Shown piece by piece: positions 20,024-30,195 of a DNA stretch of 64,000 nt (positions within the stretch are counted from its first letter, which is position 1; the number at the start of each line of letters is the position of its first letter). The translations under genes and the position numbers were made by a program. The stretch comes from Thermoanaerobaculia bacterium (lineage in GTDB: Bacteria; Acidobacteriota; Thermoanaerobaculia; UBA5066), in contig CAVRAY010000001.1 in assembly GCA_963719225.1 (NCBI GenBank), forward strand, positions 3,296,001 through 3,360,000, in the 5' to 3' direction. A model generated the notes under the pieces. The model was not told the DNA's origin. It ran no database searches and worked only from the letters and a program-made list of their open reading frames with translations.

Positions 20024-21223
20024 TTAGACGACGCCGGTGCTTCTCATGCCGGCGATCTCCGCACCCGTGTACCCCACTTGCCTCAGGATCTCCTCCGTGT
20101 GCGCGCCCAGCCGGGGAGGCGGGGTGTCGATGGAGGCTGGAGTCTTCTCGAACAGGGCGGCCAGGCTGAACAGCGAGACCTCGCCAACCCCGCAGACCGG
20201 TACGGCGCGGAGCGTCCCCCGGTGGCGAACCTGCGGTTGATTCAGGGCCTGCTCGAGACTCAGGATCGCCCCCGAGGGCACGCCCCGGGCGTTCAGATCC
20301 TCGACCCACTCGTCCGTGGTGCGCGTCTTCAGGCTCGCCTCGAGAAGCGGCGTGAGGAGCCGGCGGTTCTTTTTTCGGGTATCGCGCTCCGCGAAGCGGG
20401 GATCGGTCTTCAGCTCGGGGAGACCCAGCACTTCGGCCACCGCCTCCCACTGCTCTTGCTTGTTCGCGGCGATGTTGACGTATCCGTCCTTCGTGACGAA
20501 GGTTCCGGACGGGGCCGCGGTGAAGTTGTCGTTCCCCATCAGGACGGGCGGCTCTCCGCCGATGAGAAGGTTGGCCGCCACCCAGCCCATCAGCGGCATG
20601 ATGGAGTCGAGAAGGGCGATGTCGATCATCTGCCCTTCGCCGGTCCGCTCGCGGTGGTAGAGGGCGGCCTGGATCGCGAACGCCGCGTTCAGTCCGCCGA
20701 CGGTGTCGCAGAGCGGGAAGCCGCACCGGAGCGGGCTCAGCCGCTCGTCGCCGTTGACGCCCATCACGCCGGAGAGCCCCTGGATGATCTGGTCATAAGC
20801 GGGTTTCTGCGCGTCGGGTCCGGTCTGACCGAAGCCCGAGATGGCGCAGTAGACGAGCCGCGCGTTGATCGCCGAAAGCGACTCGTAGGAGAGGCCGAGG
20901 CGCTCCATGACGCCTGGGCGGAAGTTCTCCACGACGACGTCCGCGTTCGCGGCCAGCCTTTCGAAGGCCTCACGTCCCTCCGCCGCCTTGAGGTTCAGCG
21001 TCACCGACTTCTTGTTGGCGTTCTGGGCGAGGAAGCTCGTTCCCATCAGCTGCTCGTTCAGCCTCGGAAGGTTTCCGAGCTTACGAGCCAGGTCGCCATC
21101 CACCGGGTTCTCGATCTTGATGACCTCGGCGCCGAGGAGCGCGAGGTGAAGCGTCGCGAACGGTCCGGAGAGGACGTTCGTCAGGTCGAGAACGCGGATC
21201 CCTTCCAGAATCTTCCGCGTCAT
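20024..21223 (-). CDS. Family III (CaiB/BaiF) CoA-transferase
   Basis: LEGIRVLDL, GAEVIKIE, NKKS, ENFRPG, ISGFGQTGP; TGATG overlap with the upstream gene. Confidence 0.92.
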   Translation of the reverse strand: MTRKILEGIRVLDLTNVLSGPFATLHLALLGAEVIKIENPVDGDLARKLGNLPRLNEQLMGTSFLAQNANKKSVTLNLKAAEGREAFERLAANADVVVENFRPGVMERLGLSYESLSAINARLVYCAISGFGQTGPDAQKPAYDQIIQGLSGVMGVNGDERLSPLRCGFPLCDTVGGLNAAFAIQAALYHRERTGEGQMIDIALLDSIMPLMGWVAANLLIGGEPPVLMGNDNFTAAPSGTFVTKDGYVNIAANKQEQWEAVAEVLGLPELKTDPRFAERDTRKKNRRLLTPLLEASLKTRTTDEWVEDLNARGVPSGAILSLEQALNQPQVRHRGTLRAVPVCGVGEVSLFSLAALFEKTPASIDTPPPRLGAHTEEILRQVGYTGAEIAGMRSTGVV

Positions 21224-22146
21224 CACGCCGCCTCCTGAGGTTCGACCGCGGCCGGCAGCTCGATCTGGTGCACGCGACCCGGCATTGCCCGGCCGAAGAA
21301 GCCCGCGACGTCCCGGGCGAGAGAGATCAGGCCGCCGAGCTCCACCTCCGTTCTCAGACCCATCCGTTGCAACGCGTACACGAGATCTTCGGTCGCGACG
21401 TTCCCCGCGGCGACCCTGGCGAACGGGCAGCCTCCGAGGCCGGCGAAGGACGACTCGAAGGAGGTCACACCCGCTCCGAGCGCCGCGAAGACGTTGGCCA
21501 TCCCGAGCCCGTACGTATCGTGGAAGTGGCAGGCGGCCTCGATGTCGGGGTGAAGGGAAAGTAGAGTCGCGTAGATCCGCTTGACCTGCTCCGGATGCGC
21601 GTGCCCCGCCGTGTCGGCCAGGCTGATCCGGAGAAGCCCCGCGTCGACGTAGGCCCGGCAGATGGCGAGAACGCGCTCCTCCGGCACGGCCCCCTCGTAC
21701 CCGCAGCCGAAAGCGGACTGGACCGACACCTGCACCGGCCTTCCCGCGAGGACGGCCTGACGCGCCATCGCGACGACGCGCCGCAACGCCTCGTCGACGC
21801 CCATTCCCGTGTTCTTCCGGCTGTGCGTCTCGCTCGCGGAAACGCCCATGCAGAAGAGCTCGACCCCGCTCGCCAGCCCCCGCTCGAGACCTCTCTCGTT
21901 GAGGACGAAGCCCGACAGCAGGGCCCGTCTCGGAGGGCCGCCCCGGCCGATGAAGAGGCGAAACAGAGCGTCCGTGTCGGCCATCTGGGGGACCTTTTCC
22001 GGATGGACGAAAGAGCCGATCTGAATCACGTCGAGGCCGGAGGCGGCGAGGCGCTCGATCCATTCGATCTTCTTCTCCATCGGAACGACCCGCTTCTCGA
22101 GCTGAAGCCCGTCGCGAAGCCCTACCTCGTGCAGAACGATCCTCAT
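21223..22146 (-). CDS. HMG-CoA lyase-family (DRE-TIM) protein
   Basis: EVGLRDGLQ, SFVHP..VPQMAD, HFHDT, GLGGCPFA, GNVATED. Confidence 0.9.
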   Translation of the reverse strand: MRIVLHEVGLRDGLQLEKRVVPMEKKIEWIERLAASGLDVIQIGSFVHPEKVPQMADTDALFRLFIGRGGPPRRALLSGFVLNERGLERGLASGVELFCMGVSASETHSRKNTGMGVDEALRRVVAMARQAVLAGRPVQVSVQSAFGCGYEGAVPEERVLAICRAYVDAGLLRISLADTAGHAHPEQVKRIYATLLSLHPDIEAACHFHDTYGLGMANVFAALGAGVTSFESSFAGLGGCPFARVAAGNVATEDLVYALQRMGLRTEVELGGLISLARDVAGFFGRAMPGRVHQIELPAAVEPQEAA

Positions 22147-23261
22147 AGAGCGCGCGCCACGGCCTCCCCCATCTCCAGGGTGGAACTCGTGCCTCCCATG
22201 TCGTAGGTCCGGACCACTCCCGCACAGACCACGGAGGCGACGGCGGCCTCGACGGCGCGCCCTTTCGCGCCCTCGCCGAGCCAGTCGAGCATCATCTTCG
22301 CGGCGAGGATCGTCGCCAGGGGGTTGACCTTGTTCAGGCCCGCGTGCTTCGGAGCGGAGCCGTGAGACGGCTCGAAGACCGCGAGCTTTTCGCCGATGTT
22401 TCCGGAGGCCGCGAAGCCGAGGCCTCCCACCATCTGGGCGCAGAGGTCCGAGATGATGTCGCCGTAGAGGTTCGGCGCGACGAGGACGTCGTAGCTGGCG
22501 GGGTTTTTCAGAAGCCACATGCAGATGGCGTCGACGTTGGCTTCATCGCGCTCGATGCCGGGATAGTCCGCCGCGACCTTGCGCGCCTCTTCGAGGAAGA
22601 GGCCGTCGGACGCTCGGACGACGTTCGCCTTGTGGACGATCGTCACCTTCTTCCGTCCGTTCGCCTTCGCGAACTCGAAGGCCGCGCGCGCGATTCGGGA
22701 CGACCCCCGGCGCGTGTTGATCTTGCAGGAGACGGCGTAGGCATCCGGAGGCAGGAGCTGGAACGGGGAGAAAGCGGGGGCGAGCTTCGCGAGGACCACC
22801 GAAAGCGCGGGAGGGACCGGCGAGAACTCGACGCCAGAGTAGAGATCCTCGGTGTTCTCCCGGAAGACGACGAGGTCCAGTCCCTCCCGGAAGTTGAGCG
22901 GGTTGCCCCGATAGGCTTTGCACGGCCTCAGGCAGACGTAGAGGTCGAAGAGCTGCCGCATCCGCACGACCGGCGAGCGGTAGGTGAGCCCCCGCCCTCT
23001 CAGCTCCGGAACGAGTTCCGCCTCGGCGGCCGCGGTCGGCATCGACGTGACCGCTCCGAAGAGGGCCGCGTCGACGTGTTTCAGGAGATCGATCGTCCGG
23101 GCCGGGAACGCGTCTCCCTCGTGGCGCCAGAATTCCCAGCCGATGTCGCCCGGCTCGTAAACGGCGTCGAGATGAAGGGCATCGAGGACCAGGCGCGTCG
23201 CGTCCATGACCTCACGGCCGACGCCGTCGCCGGGAAGCCACGCGATCCGGTATCGAGGCAT
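22143..23261 (-). CDS. Isocitrate/isopropylmalate-family beta-decarboxylating dehydrogenase
   Basis: LPGDGVGREV, RENTEDLY, HKANV, NLYGDIISD, FEPSHGSAP. Confidence 0.92.
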   Translation of the reverse strand: MPRYRIAWLPGDGVGREVMDATRLVLDALHLDAVYEPGDIGWEFWRHEGDAFPARTIDLLKHVDAALFGAVTSMPTAAAEAELVPELRGRGLTYRSPVVRMRQLFDLYVCLRPCKAYRGNPLNFREGLDLVVFRENTEDLYSGVEFSPVPPALSVVLAKLAPAFSPFQLLPPDAYAVSCKINTRRGSSRIARAAFEFAKANGRKKVTIVHKANVVRASDGLFLEEARKVAADYPGIERDEANVDAICMWLLKNPASYDVLVAPNLYGDIISDLCAQMVGGLGFAASGNIGEKLAVFEPSHGSAPKHAGLNKVNPLATILAAKMMLDWLGEGAKGRAVEAAVASVVCAGVVRTYDMGGTSSTLEMGEAVARAL

Positions 23262-23320
23262 GCACCCTCCCCCGAGAGCATGGGGCTTTCGCCCGCGCCG
23301 TCCCGTGAGCAAGGTGCATC

Positions 23321-23344
23321 AGGGCGCCCCCCTCGGGGCGCCCT
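23321..23344. repeat. GC-rich stem-loop downstream of the TonB receptor
   Basis: AGGGCGCCCC-CCTC-GGGGCGCCCT, perfect 10-bp stem. Confidence 0.6.
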
Positions 23345-23364
23345 CGCGGCATTTCAGACCGGCG

Positions 23365-26013
23365 TCAGAAATCGAATCGGCTCGTGAGGCCGAACGTCCT
23401 CGGCTGGTTCGTCAGGAAGCTTACGCGGGCGCGCAGTCCGCGCTCGCGGTCGAGCGCGAGGTACGCGCTCTCGTCGGTGAGGTTGTTGACGTAGAAGGCG
23501 ATGTCCCAGAAGCCGTGCCTCACCCCGAACCGCAGGTTGAGGAGGTCGTAGGCCGGCATCAGCGGGTCGAACGTGAACGTCGACTGTGTCAGCGGCCCGC
23601 CGATCGTGTTCGCCCCGAACGAGTTCAGGTTCAGCGTCCCGACGCCCGCCTCCTGGTCGGCGAGCTGCGTGTAGCGCGAGCCCACGTGGTTGTACGTCGC
23701 GGAGACGTAGCCCTGGAACCCCGGCGCGACGTCCTGCCGGTACGTGGCGGACACCGCGGCCTGGAACTTCGGCACGCTCGGCAGGCGGTTGCCCTCGCGG
23801 ATGCCCGTAGACGCCACGAGGTCGGGCGTCCCGGCGATCGTCGAACGGATCTGCGAGTTCGCGTAGCTCGCCGAGAGCGAAAGGTCGAAGTGGTCGTTCG
23901 GCGTCAGGCCGAGCTCGAACTCGCCGCCGATGCTGCGGCTCTTCGGCACGTTGAAGATGAGGCGCGACGAGCAGGAGCCGGCGGTCACCGTGACCTGGAG
24001 GTCGTTGACGTCGGTGTAGAAGCCCGAGACGCCGAGCGAGCCCTTCCCGTCGAGGAGCCTCGTCTTCGCTCCGACCTCGTAGTTCCAGGCCGTCTCGTCG
24101 TTCCAGCTCTCCCGGCCGCTGAACGTCACGCGGTCCTGCGGGGTGCACAGGTTGAAGTTGGTCGGGTCGTTGACGCCGCCGAGGCGGAAGCCCCGGGCGG
24201 CCTGCGCGTTCAAAGTCGTCGAGTCGCTGACCTTGTAGCTCAGGATGAAACGTGGCGCGACGCCGTTGGCGGTCGTCGTGCCGGGCTGGGACACGGGCTT
24301 CCCGTCGCCACCGGCGCCGAAGAGGCCGTCAAAGATCTGCGCCTTGTCTTCGTCGAAGTGGTAGTACCGCAGGCCGGCCGTCACGCTGAGCTGGCTCGTG
24401 AGGGCGAACGTCCCTTCGCCGAAGAGAGCGAACTGCTTGAGCTTGTAGTTGAGGTCCGAGTAGAAGAGGACGTCCTTGCCCGCGACCGTCCGGGTGTTTG
24501 CGACGCCGGTCGGCACCAGGGCCGCGAGGTCCTCGTAGCCGCCGACGTGCAGCTGCTGGTCGTAGTGGCGCTCGTTGTCCGCGTAGAAGCCGCCGGCGAC
24601 CCACTGGAACTTGCCCGCGGTCCCGGACGCGCGAAGCTCCTGCGTCCAGCCCGTCGCCTTCGTCGCGTCGTTCAGGGGCGAGTCGAGCGTGTAGATCGAT
24701 GCGGGCATCCCGTAGCTCCCGCCGGTGATGCTCGACGTCAGCGCGCCCGCGTCGCGCACGACGAGGATGTCCCGGTGCGTGTACGAGGTGACGGACGTCA
24801 GGACGACGCCGCCCAGCTCGAACTTCATCGTGAGGTCGGCGAGAAGGAACTTGTCCGTGTACGGCTCCGGGATCTGCGTGAACTGCTCCCGGTCGTCGAG
24901 GAACACCTTCGGCCGCGTCGTCGTGTACGGGTTGCCGAGGATGTTGAAGACGTCGGTGCGGTTCCAGCCGTCCGTCGTGGCCTTCTGGTAGACGACGCGG
25001 GGGATGATCGTAACGTCGTCGCTCGGGGCGATCTCGAGGGCCGAGCGGAAGCCCATCCGGTCGCCGCCGTTGAGGTTGTCCTTGACGGTGAGGTCGGGCT
25101 GGACGGCGTCGATGTACCCCGGGCTGTGGTCGTAGTACGCCGCCGTGCGCAGGGCGGCCCTGTCGCCGAGCGGGACGTTGAAGCCCGCTTTCACGCTGCC
25201 GCTCTGGCTCCCTTGCGTCGTCGTCGCGCCCGTGAGCTCGGCGAAGGTCTTCGTCAGCCCGAGCTCGGGCTGGTTCGTGATGTAGCGGACCGTGCCCGAG
25301 AGTGAGCCCGAGCCGAAGAGAGTTCCCTGCGGCCCGCGGAGCACCTCGACGCGGGACACGTCCACGAGGTCGAGGTCGGGGGTAAAGAGGGACATCGAGA
25401 TGACCGACTCGTCGAGGTACGCGCCGACCTGCTCCTTGACGCCCGGCTGGTCGCGCGCGATCTGGCCCGAAGAGACGCCGCGCATCGCGACCTGGCTCTG
25501 GCCCGGACCGAGGTTCTGGATGCTGAACCCGGCGACGTTGGCGGCCACGTCCTCGATCGTCTCGGCGCCCCGCTCGCGCAGGGCTTCTTCCGTCGGCGCC
25601 GCGACCGAGACGGGTGTCGACTCGACCGTATCCTCGCGCTTCATCGCCGTGACCTTCGTCTCCGCGGCGAACCGGAACTCGAGCGTGAAGTCCACGACGA
25701 CCCGAGCTCCGGCCGCGACCGCGACGTCCTTCCGGACGGCGAGGCGGAAGCCCTGCGTGTCGGCGGTGACCTGGTAGACACCCGGCGCGAGGCCCGCGGC
25801 TTCGTACACGCCCGAGGCGTTGGTCCTGACGACCCTCGTGGCGTGGCTCTCCTGATCGGTCACGGCGATGGGCGCGCCGGCGACGGCGCTGCCAGCCGAG
25901 CTCTTGACGGTGCCGGCGATCGTACCCGCCGCAGGCTGGGCGGAGGCCGGCGCTAACGGGAGAGCGGTGAGAGCGGCGCAGGCCAGCAGGATTGCAATCC
26001 GCGGCTTCGGCAT
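23365..26013 (-). CDS. TonB-dependent receptor with N-terminal carboxypeptidase-regulatory-like domain
   Basis: Signal peptide, RVEVLRGPQGTLFG plug motif, NNLTD, C-terminal Phe. Confidence 0.93.
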   Translation of the reverse strand: MPKPRIAILLACAALTALPLAPASAQPAAGTIAGTVKSSAGSAVAGAPIAVTDQESHATRVVRTNASGVYEAAGLAPGVYQVTADTQGFRLAVRKDVAVAAGARVVVDFTLEFRFAAETKVTAMKREDTVESTPVSVAAPTEEALRERGAETIEDVAANVAGFSIQNLGPGQSQVAMRGVSSGQIARDQPGVKEQVGAYLDESVISMSLFTPDLDLVDVSRVEVLRGPQGTLFGSGSLSGTVRYITNQPELGLTKTFAELTGATTTQGSQSGSVKAGFNVPLGDRAALRTAAYYDHSPGYIDAVQPDLTVKDNLNGGDRMGFRSALEIAPSDDVTIIPRVVYQKATTDGWNRTDVFNILGNPYTTTRPKVFLDDREQFTQIPEPYTDKFLLADLTMKFELGGVVLTSVTSYTHRDILVVRDAGALTSSITGGSYGMPASIYTLDSPLNDATKATGWTQELRASGTAGKFQWVAGGFYADNERHYDQQLHVGGYEDLAALVPTGVANTRTVAGKDVLFYSDLNYKLKQFALFGEGTFALTSQLSVTAGLRYYHFDEDKAQIFDGLFGAGGDGKPVSQPGTTTANGVAPRFILSYKVSDSTTLNAQAARGFRLGGVNDPTNFNLCTPQDRVTFSGRESWNDETAWNYEVGAKTRLLDGKGSLGVSGFYTDVNDLQVTVTAGSCSSRLIFNVPKSRSIGGEFELGLTPNDHFDLSLSASYANSQIRSTIAGTPDLVASTGIREGNRLPSVPKFQAAVSATYRQDVAPGFQGYVSATYNHVGSRYTQLADQEAGVGTLNLNSFGANTIGGPLTQSTFTFDPLMPAYDLLNLRFGVRHGFWDIAFYVNNLTDESAYLALDRERGLRARVSFLTNQPRTFGLTSRFDF

Positions 26014-26292
26014 GTGGTCCTCCTCGTTCAGTCGCTCGCGCGAGCGTCAGGTGGATGCGTCGGCTCGAGGCGCCCTTAATATGGCGGGCCCCGAACGTTT
26101 GTCAAATCGAGAGGGAGCACCGCCCCTGTCGATTTCCTTGACGGAGGCGTCAGGATTGTCCTTTCGAAGGGCGGAGGAACTCCAGGGCGGGAACAAAACG
26201 GTCCATCGGACCCCGCGCGTGATTCATCTGTTTCATCGACGCGGAAACGTCCCCGTCCATACGTTGCTTCTAATGCTGGTCCCCGTGCGGTC

Positions 26293-26751
26293 GTGAAGAC
26301 GAGTCGAGGCTTCTCCGTCCTCCCGATTCCCCTCACGCTGGCCTCCGCCGCGGCGGGGCTGGCGTTCGGGATCGGCGCCTATGCCTTCCACTACGCCAGG
26401 GGCTCGTCCTACATGGGAAACGACCCGGCGACCTGTGCCAACTGCCACGTGATGGCCGGGCACTATTCCGGCTGGCAGGCGGCCCCGCACCACCAGGTCG
26501 CAACCTGCAACGACTGCCACACGCCGGCGGGGCCTGTCTCGAAGTACACGGTGAAAGCTCTCAACGGCTGGCATCACTCCCTCGCCTTCACGCTGGGCGG
26601 CTATGCGGACGTGATCCATGCACGGCCCGAAAGCTCGGCGGTCGTCGAGGCCAATTGCCGCCGTTGCCACGCCGACCTCGTCGACTCGATGACACACGGC
26701 GGCGACGTGTTCTGCATCCGCTGCCACTCTTCGGTCGGGCACCAGCGCTGA
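26293..26751 (+). CDS. nrfH: Cytochrome c nitrite reductase small subunit
   Basis: TM, SY..DP.TCANCHVM, four CXXCH motifs, C-terminal VGH. Confidence 0.92.
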   Translation: MKTSRGFSVLPIPLTLASAAAGLAFGIGAYAFHYARGSSYMGNDPATCANCHVMAGHYSGWQAAPHHQVATCNDCHTPAGPVSKYTVKALNGWHHSLAFTLGGYADVIHARPESSAVVEANCRRCHADLVDSMTHGGDVFCIRCHSSVGHQR

Positions 26752-26787
26752 AGGCCGATCCCGACATCACCTGAGAAGGAGCACCTC

Positions 26788-28476
26788 ATGTCCGCAGAGA
26801 ACCAGGCCCCCCCGAAGAAGCGCGGGCTCCTCGTCGCCCTCGTCGCGGGCGCCTTCGCCCTCGGGGCCATCGGCGCCGCCGCCCTGCTCGTCAACATCGC
26901 CGAGCGCAAGCAGGAGGCGAAGAACTCCTACGTCAAGCTCGTCCAGGTGACGGAGAACGACGTCGACCCGGCCAAGTGGGGCACGAACTGGCCGCGCGAA
27001 TACGACGGCTATAGGCGCACGTCCGAGCCGACGCACACGAAGTACGGCGGCGGCTGGGGCGGAGCCGAAGGCGTCGTGCCGCCGCAGAAGGCGGCGCGAG
27101 ACCCGTGGCTGACGCGGATCTTCGCGGGGTATCTCTTCGCAGTCGACTTCCGCGACCGCCGCGGCCACAGCTACATGCTCTTCGACCAGGAGAACACGAA
27201 GCGCAACGTGCCCGCCGAGGCCAAGCAGTCCGGCAACTGCCTGCACTGCCACGCCTCGATCATGCCGCTCTACAAGAAGCTCGGAAAGGAAGCCGCCCCC
27301 GAGGCGAGCGAGGCCGAGCAGATCCAGAAGGGACTCGCGACGATCGGCGAGCTCGGCTACTGGGACGCGCACAAGAAGCTCGAGCAGCTCACGGGCGGCA
27401 AGGCCCATCCGGTCTCGTGCGTGGATTGCCACGACCCCGCCTCGATGGAGCTGCGGGTCACGCGGCCCGGCTTCATCGCGGGCATCCAGAAGTTCGCTGC
27501 GTCGACCGGCGACGCGACGCATCTTCCCAGCGTCGAGCGCTGGCGCAAGACGAACCGCGTGCGCGCGTACGATCCCAACGTGGACGCGACGCGCCAGGAG
27601 AAGCGCTCGTACGTCTGCGGCCAGTGTCACGTGGAGTACTTCTGCGGCAAGGGCACGACGATCTTCTTCCCATGGGCCGAAGGGATGAAGGTCGAGGAGA
27701 TGGAGCGGCTGTACGACGGAATGCAGGCGAAGGGGCAGCGCTTCAAGGACTGGACTCACGCCGAGACCGGCATGGAGGTCCTCAAGGCTCAGCATCCCGA
27801 GTTCGAGATGTGGAGCCAGGGGATTCACGCCCGGAGCGGCGTTGCCTGCGCCGACTGCCACATGTCCTACCGTCGCGACGGCGCGCAGAAGATCTCGGAG
27901 CACTGGGTCCGCAGCCCGCTCCTCTCGGCGAACCGCTCCTGTGCGACGTGCCACCCCTACAGCGACGAGGAGCTCAAGGGCCGCGTCGAGTCCATCCAGG
28001 ACCGCCACTTCGCCCTCATGACGCGGGCCGGGCAGGCGGCGACCGCGATGATCGACGCGATCGTCGCCGTGCGGGCGCCGTACGACGAGCAGAACCGCGC
28101 CGCTGCCGCAGCAAAGGCGAAGGAAGCGCTCGAGAAGAACGCGGACTTCGCGAAGCTCGGCAAGGAGGACCAGGCGAAGAAGCTGGCCGCCGAGACGAAG
28201 GCGAACCTGCTCGTGGCGTGGCGCGCGGTCGTGGAGAAGGACCCGGCCATCAAGGAGCTGGGCGAGCTGCAGCGCGCCGCGCAGTGGCGCCTCGACATCG
28301 TAGCGGCCGAGAACTCCATGGGCTTCCATGCTCCGCAGGAGATGGCACGCATCCTGGGTGAGTCGATCGACCTGTCCCGCCAGGCTCAGATCAAGGCCGG
28401 CGAGATCCTTAACGGCAAGGTCTTCACGGCGCCTCCGGTCGTCCTCGCCAGGAACACGACGACGATTTCGCGGTAG
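26788..28476 (+). CDS. nrfA: Ammonia-forming cytochrome c nitrite reductase (CXXCH at heme 1)
   Basis: Five heme motifs, RGH, CGQCHVEY, KAQHPEFE, AENSMGFHAP; follows nrfH. Confidence 0.92.
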   Translation: MSAENQAPPKKRGLLVALVAGAFALGAIGAAALLVNIAERKQEAKNSYVKLVQVTENDVDPAKWGTNWPREYDGYRRTSEPTHTKYGGGWGGAEGVVPPQKAARDPWLTRIFAGYLFAVDFRDRRGHSYMLFDQENTKRNVPAEAKQSGNCLHCHASIMPLYKKLGKEAAPEASEAEQIQKGLATIGELGYWDAHKKLEQLTGGKAHPVSCVDCHDPASMELRVTRPGFIAGIQKFAASTGDATHLPSVERWRKTNRVRAYDPNVDATRQEKRSYVCGQCHVEYFCGKGTTIFFPWAEGMKVEEMERLYDGMQAKGQRFKDWTHAETGMEVLKAQHPEFEMWSQGIHARSGVACADCHMSYRRDGAQKISEHWVRSPLLSANRSCATCHPYSDEELKGRVESIQDRHFALMTRAGQAATAMIDAIVAVRAPYDEQNRAAAAAKAKEALEKNADFAKLGKEDQAKKLAAETKANLLVAWRAVVEKDPAIKELGELQRAAQWRLDIVAAENSMGFHAPQEMARILGESIDLSRQAQIKAGEILNGKVFTAPPVVLARNTTTISR

Positions 28477-28493
28477 CGAGGGATGCCGAGCCG

Positions 28494-30011
28494 TCAGGCG
28501 TGGATGTCACAGGGCGCCGCGACCGGCGCGGGCCCCGGAGGATCCGTATCGCCGAGCTCACGCCGGAGCGCCGCCATCCGTTCGCGCAGCTCCCGGACGC
28601 GCCCTTGGTGTTCCGGTCGGCTCGCGAGGTTGATCGTCTCGTCCGGATCGGCCTTCAGGTCGTAGAGCTCCCACTCCTCGGGCTGCTCGAAGAAATGGAT
28701 GAGCTTCCAGCGCTCGGTCCTGATCCCCCGGTTCTTGCGGACGCAGTGCGCCGCCGGGTACTCGTAATACTCGTAGAGAAACGCATCTCTCCAGGGGACC
28801 TCCCGGCCCTCGAGGAGGGAAGCAAAGCTCTTTCCGTGAAGTCCCGGCGGTGGGTCGACGCCGGCCAGCTCCAGCAGCGTCGGCGCGAGGTCCACGTTGA
28901 GCACCATGTGCCGAGAGTCGACGAGGCCGCGACGGGACCCTCCAGGGAACCGCACGAGCATCGGAATCCGGATCGACCCCTCGTACATCAGCCGCTTGTC
29001 GAAGAGGCCGTGCTCACCCAGGAAAAAACCGTTGTCCGAGGTGTAGACGACGACCGTGTCGTCGGCGAGACGCCTCTCGTCGAGAGCCTGGAGCACCCGG
29101 CCGACGTTCTCGTCCACCGCGAGGAGGACACGGTAGTAGTTCTTCACGAGCTCCTGGAGGTTCCGCCGCTTGCGCTCCTCGCGTGGAAGGTCGGGCGGGA
29201 CTCCTCGGTTCGCGAAGTCGCCCATGTCCGCGATCGCGTTCGACGCCCGACGGACCGCCTCCGGACGTCCTTCCAGGCGGTCTTCGAACGTGCGGGGCAC
29301 GGGGATCTCGACGTCGGCGAAGGCCTTCTCGAACCGGGCCGGGGGCTCCCACGAGCGATGCGGAGCCTTGAAGTGGACGAGCAAGCAGAAGGGGCGCTCG
29401 GGCGCACCCGAGGCGCGGAGCTGCGCGAGGGCCTGATCTCCTACGACGTCCTCGGAGAATCCGCGCATCTTGATCGCCGCGCCGTTGGCGATCATCTCGG
29501 GATCGAAATACTCCCCCTGCCAGGGGAACACGACCCACTCGTCGAACCCCGACGCCCCGGGACTCCCTCTCAGGTGCCATTTCCCCACGATCGCCGTCCG
29601 GTAGCCGGCCTTGCGTAGCCGCTCGACGTACGTCGTCTGACGCTCGATCCCCTTCTGGTCGCCGAAGGCGGGTGGATCGGCGTTGGAGATGTAACCGTGC
29701 GCGTGCGAATAGAGGCCGGTCAGGAAGGACGCCCGGCTCGGTCCGCAGAGGGAGTTCGTCACGAAGGCCTGCTCGAAGCGCACGCCCTCGCGCGCGATGC
29801 GGTCCATGTTCGGCGTCTTGAGAATCCGGTTGCCGGCCACGCTCATCGCGTCAAAGCGCTGATCGTCCGTCATGAAGACGACGATGTTGGGGCGTTTCTT
29901 CCTGTTCTCCTGGGGGATCGGCAGAAGCGCCGCGGCGGACCGCAGCCCCAGGCCGGCGCCCGAGGCAGCGAGGAGAGCGAGCGTGTCGCGCCGGGTGATC
30001 AGTCGTTTCAT
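28494..30011 (-). CDS. Tat-exported Cys-type sulfatase
   Basis: TRRDTL Tat motif, PNIV...TDDQR, CGPSR (CxPxR), GKWHL, SDNG. Confidence 0.92.
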   Translation of the reverse strand: MKRLITRRDTLALLAASGAGLGLRSAAALLPIPQENRKKRPNIVVFMTDDQRFDAMSVAGNRILKTPNMDRIAREGVRFEQAFVTNSLCGPSRASFLTGLYSHAHGYISNADPPAFGDQKGIERQTTYVERLRKAGYRTAIVGKWHLRGSPGASGFDEWVVFPWQGEYFDPEMIANGAAIKMRGFSEDVVGDQALAQLRASGAPERPFCLLVHFKAPHRSWEPPARFEKAFADVEIPVPRTFEDRLEGRPEAVRRASNAIADMGDFANRGVPPDLPREERKRRNLQELVKNYYRVLLAVDENVGRVLQALDERRLADDTVVVYTSDNGFFLGEHGLFDKRLMYEGSIRIPMLVRFPGGSRRGLVDSRHMVLNVDLAPTLLELAGVDPPPGLHGKSFASLLEGREVPWRDAFLYEYYEYPAAHCVRKNRGIRTERWKLIHFFEQPEEWELYDLKADPDETINLASRPEHQGRVRELRERMAALRRELGDTDPPGPAPVAAPCDIHA

Positions 30012-30195
30012 CTGCCGCCTAACCGATCATAACGCTGCGAATTCGTGTCGCTTCGACTCTTGATTGCCATAACGGTGCCCTTCGACGCCCGCCTACGGGC
30101 CCAGTCTCCGCCAAGATCGAATCAGCTCACGACGAGCCGCGCGTGCATGCCGGATCACTGTACGAACGAGAAGACCATCAGCGACGAGCCTGCCA

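Noticed and set aside
21201-21215. GAAGATTCTGGAAGG (- strand) as another copy of the dispersed motif
   Set aside because: Shorter, lacks the TTAG core, and is explained by the conserved KILEG start of the CoA-transferase
26135-26155. Palindrome TGACG-GAGG-CGTCA between the TonB receptor and nrfH as an FNR box
   Set aside because: Sequence and spacing do not fit TTGAT-N4-ATCAA; single copy, cannot be assigned
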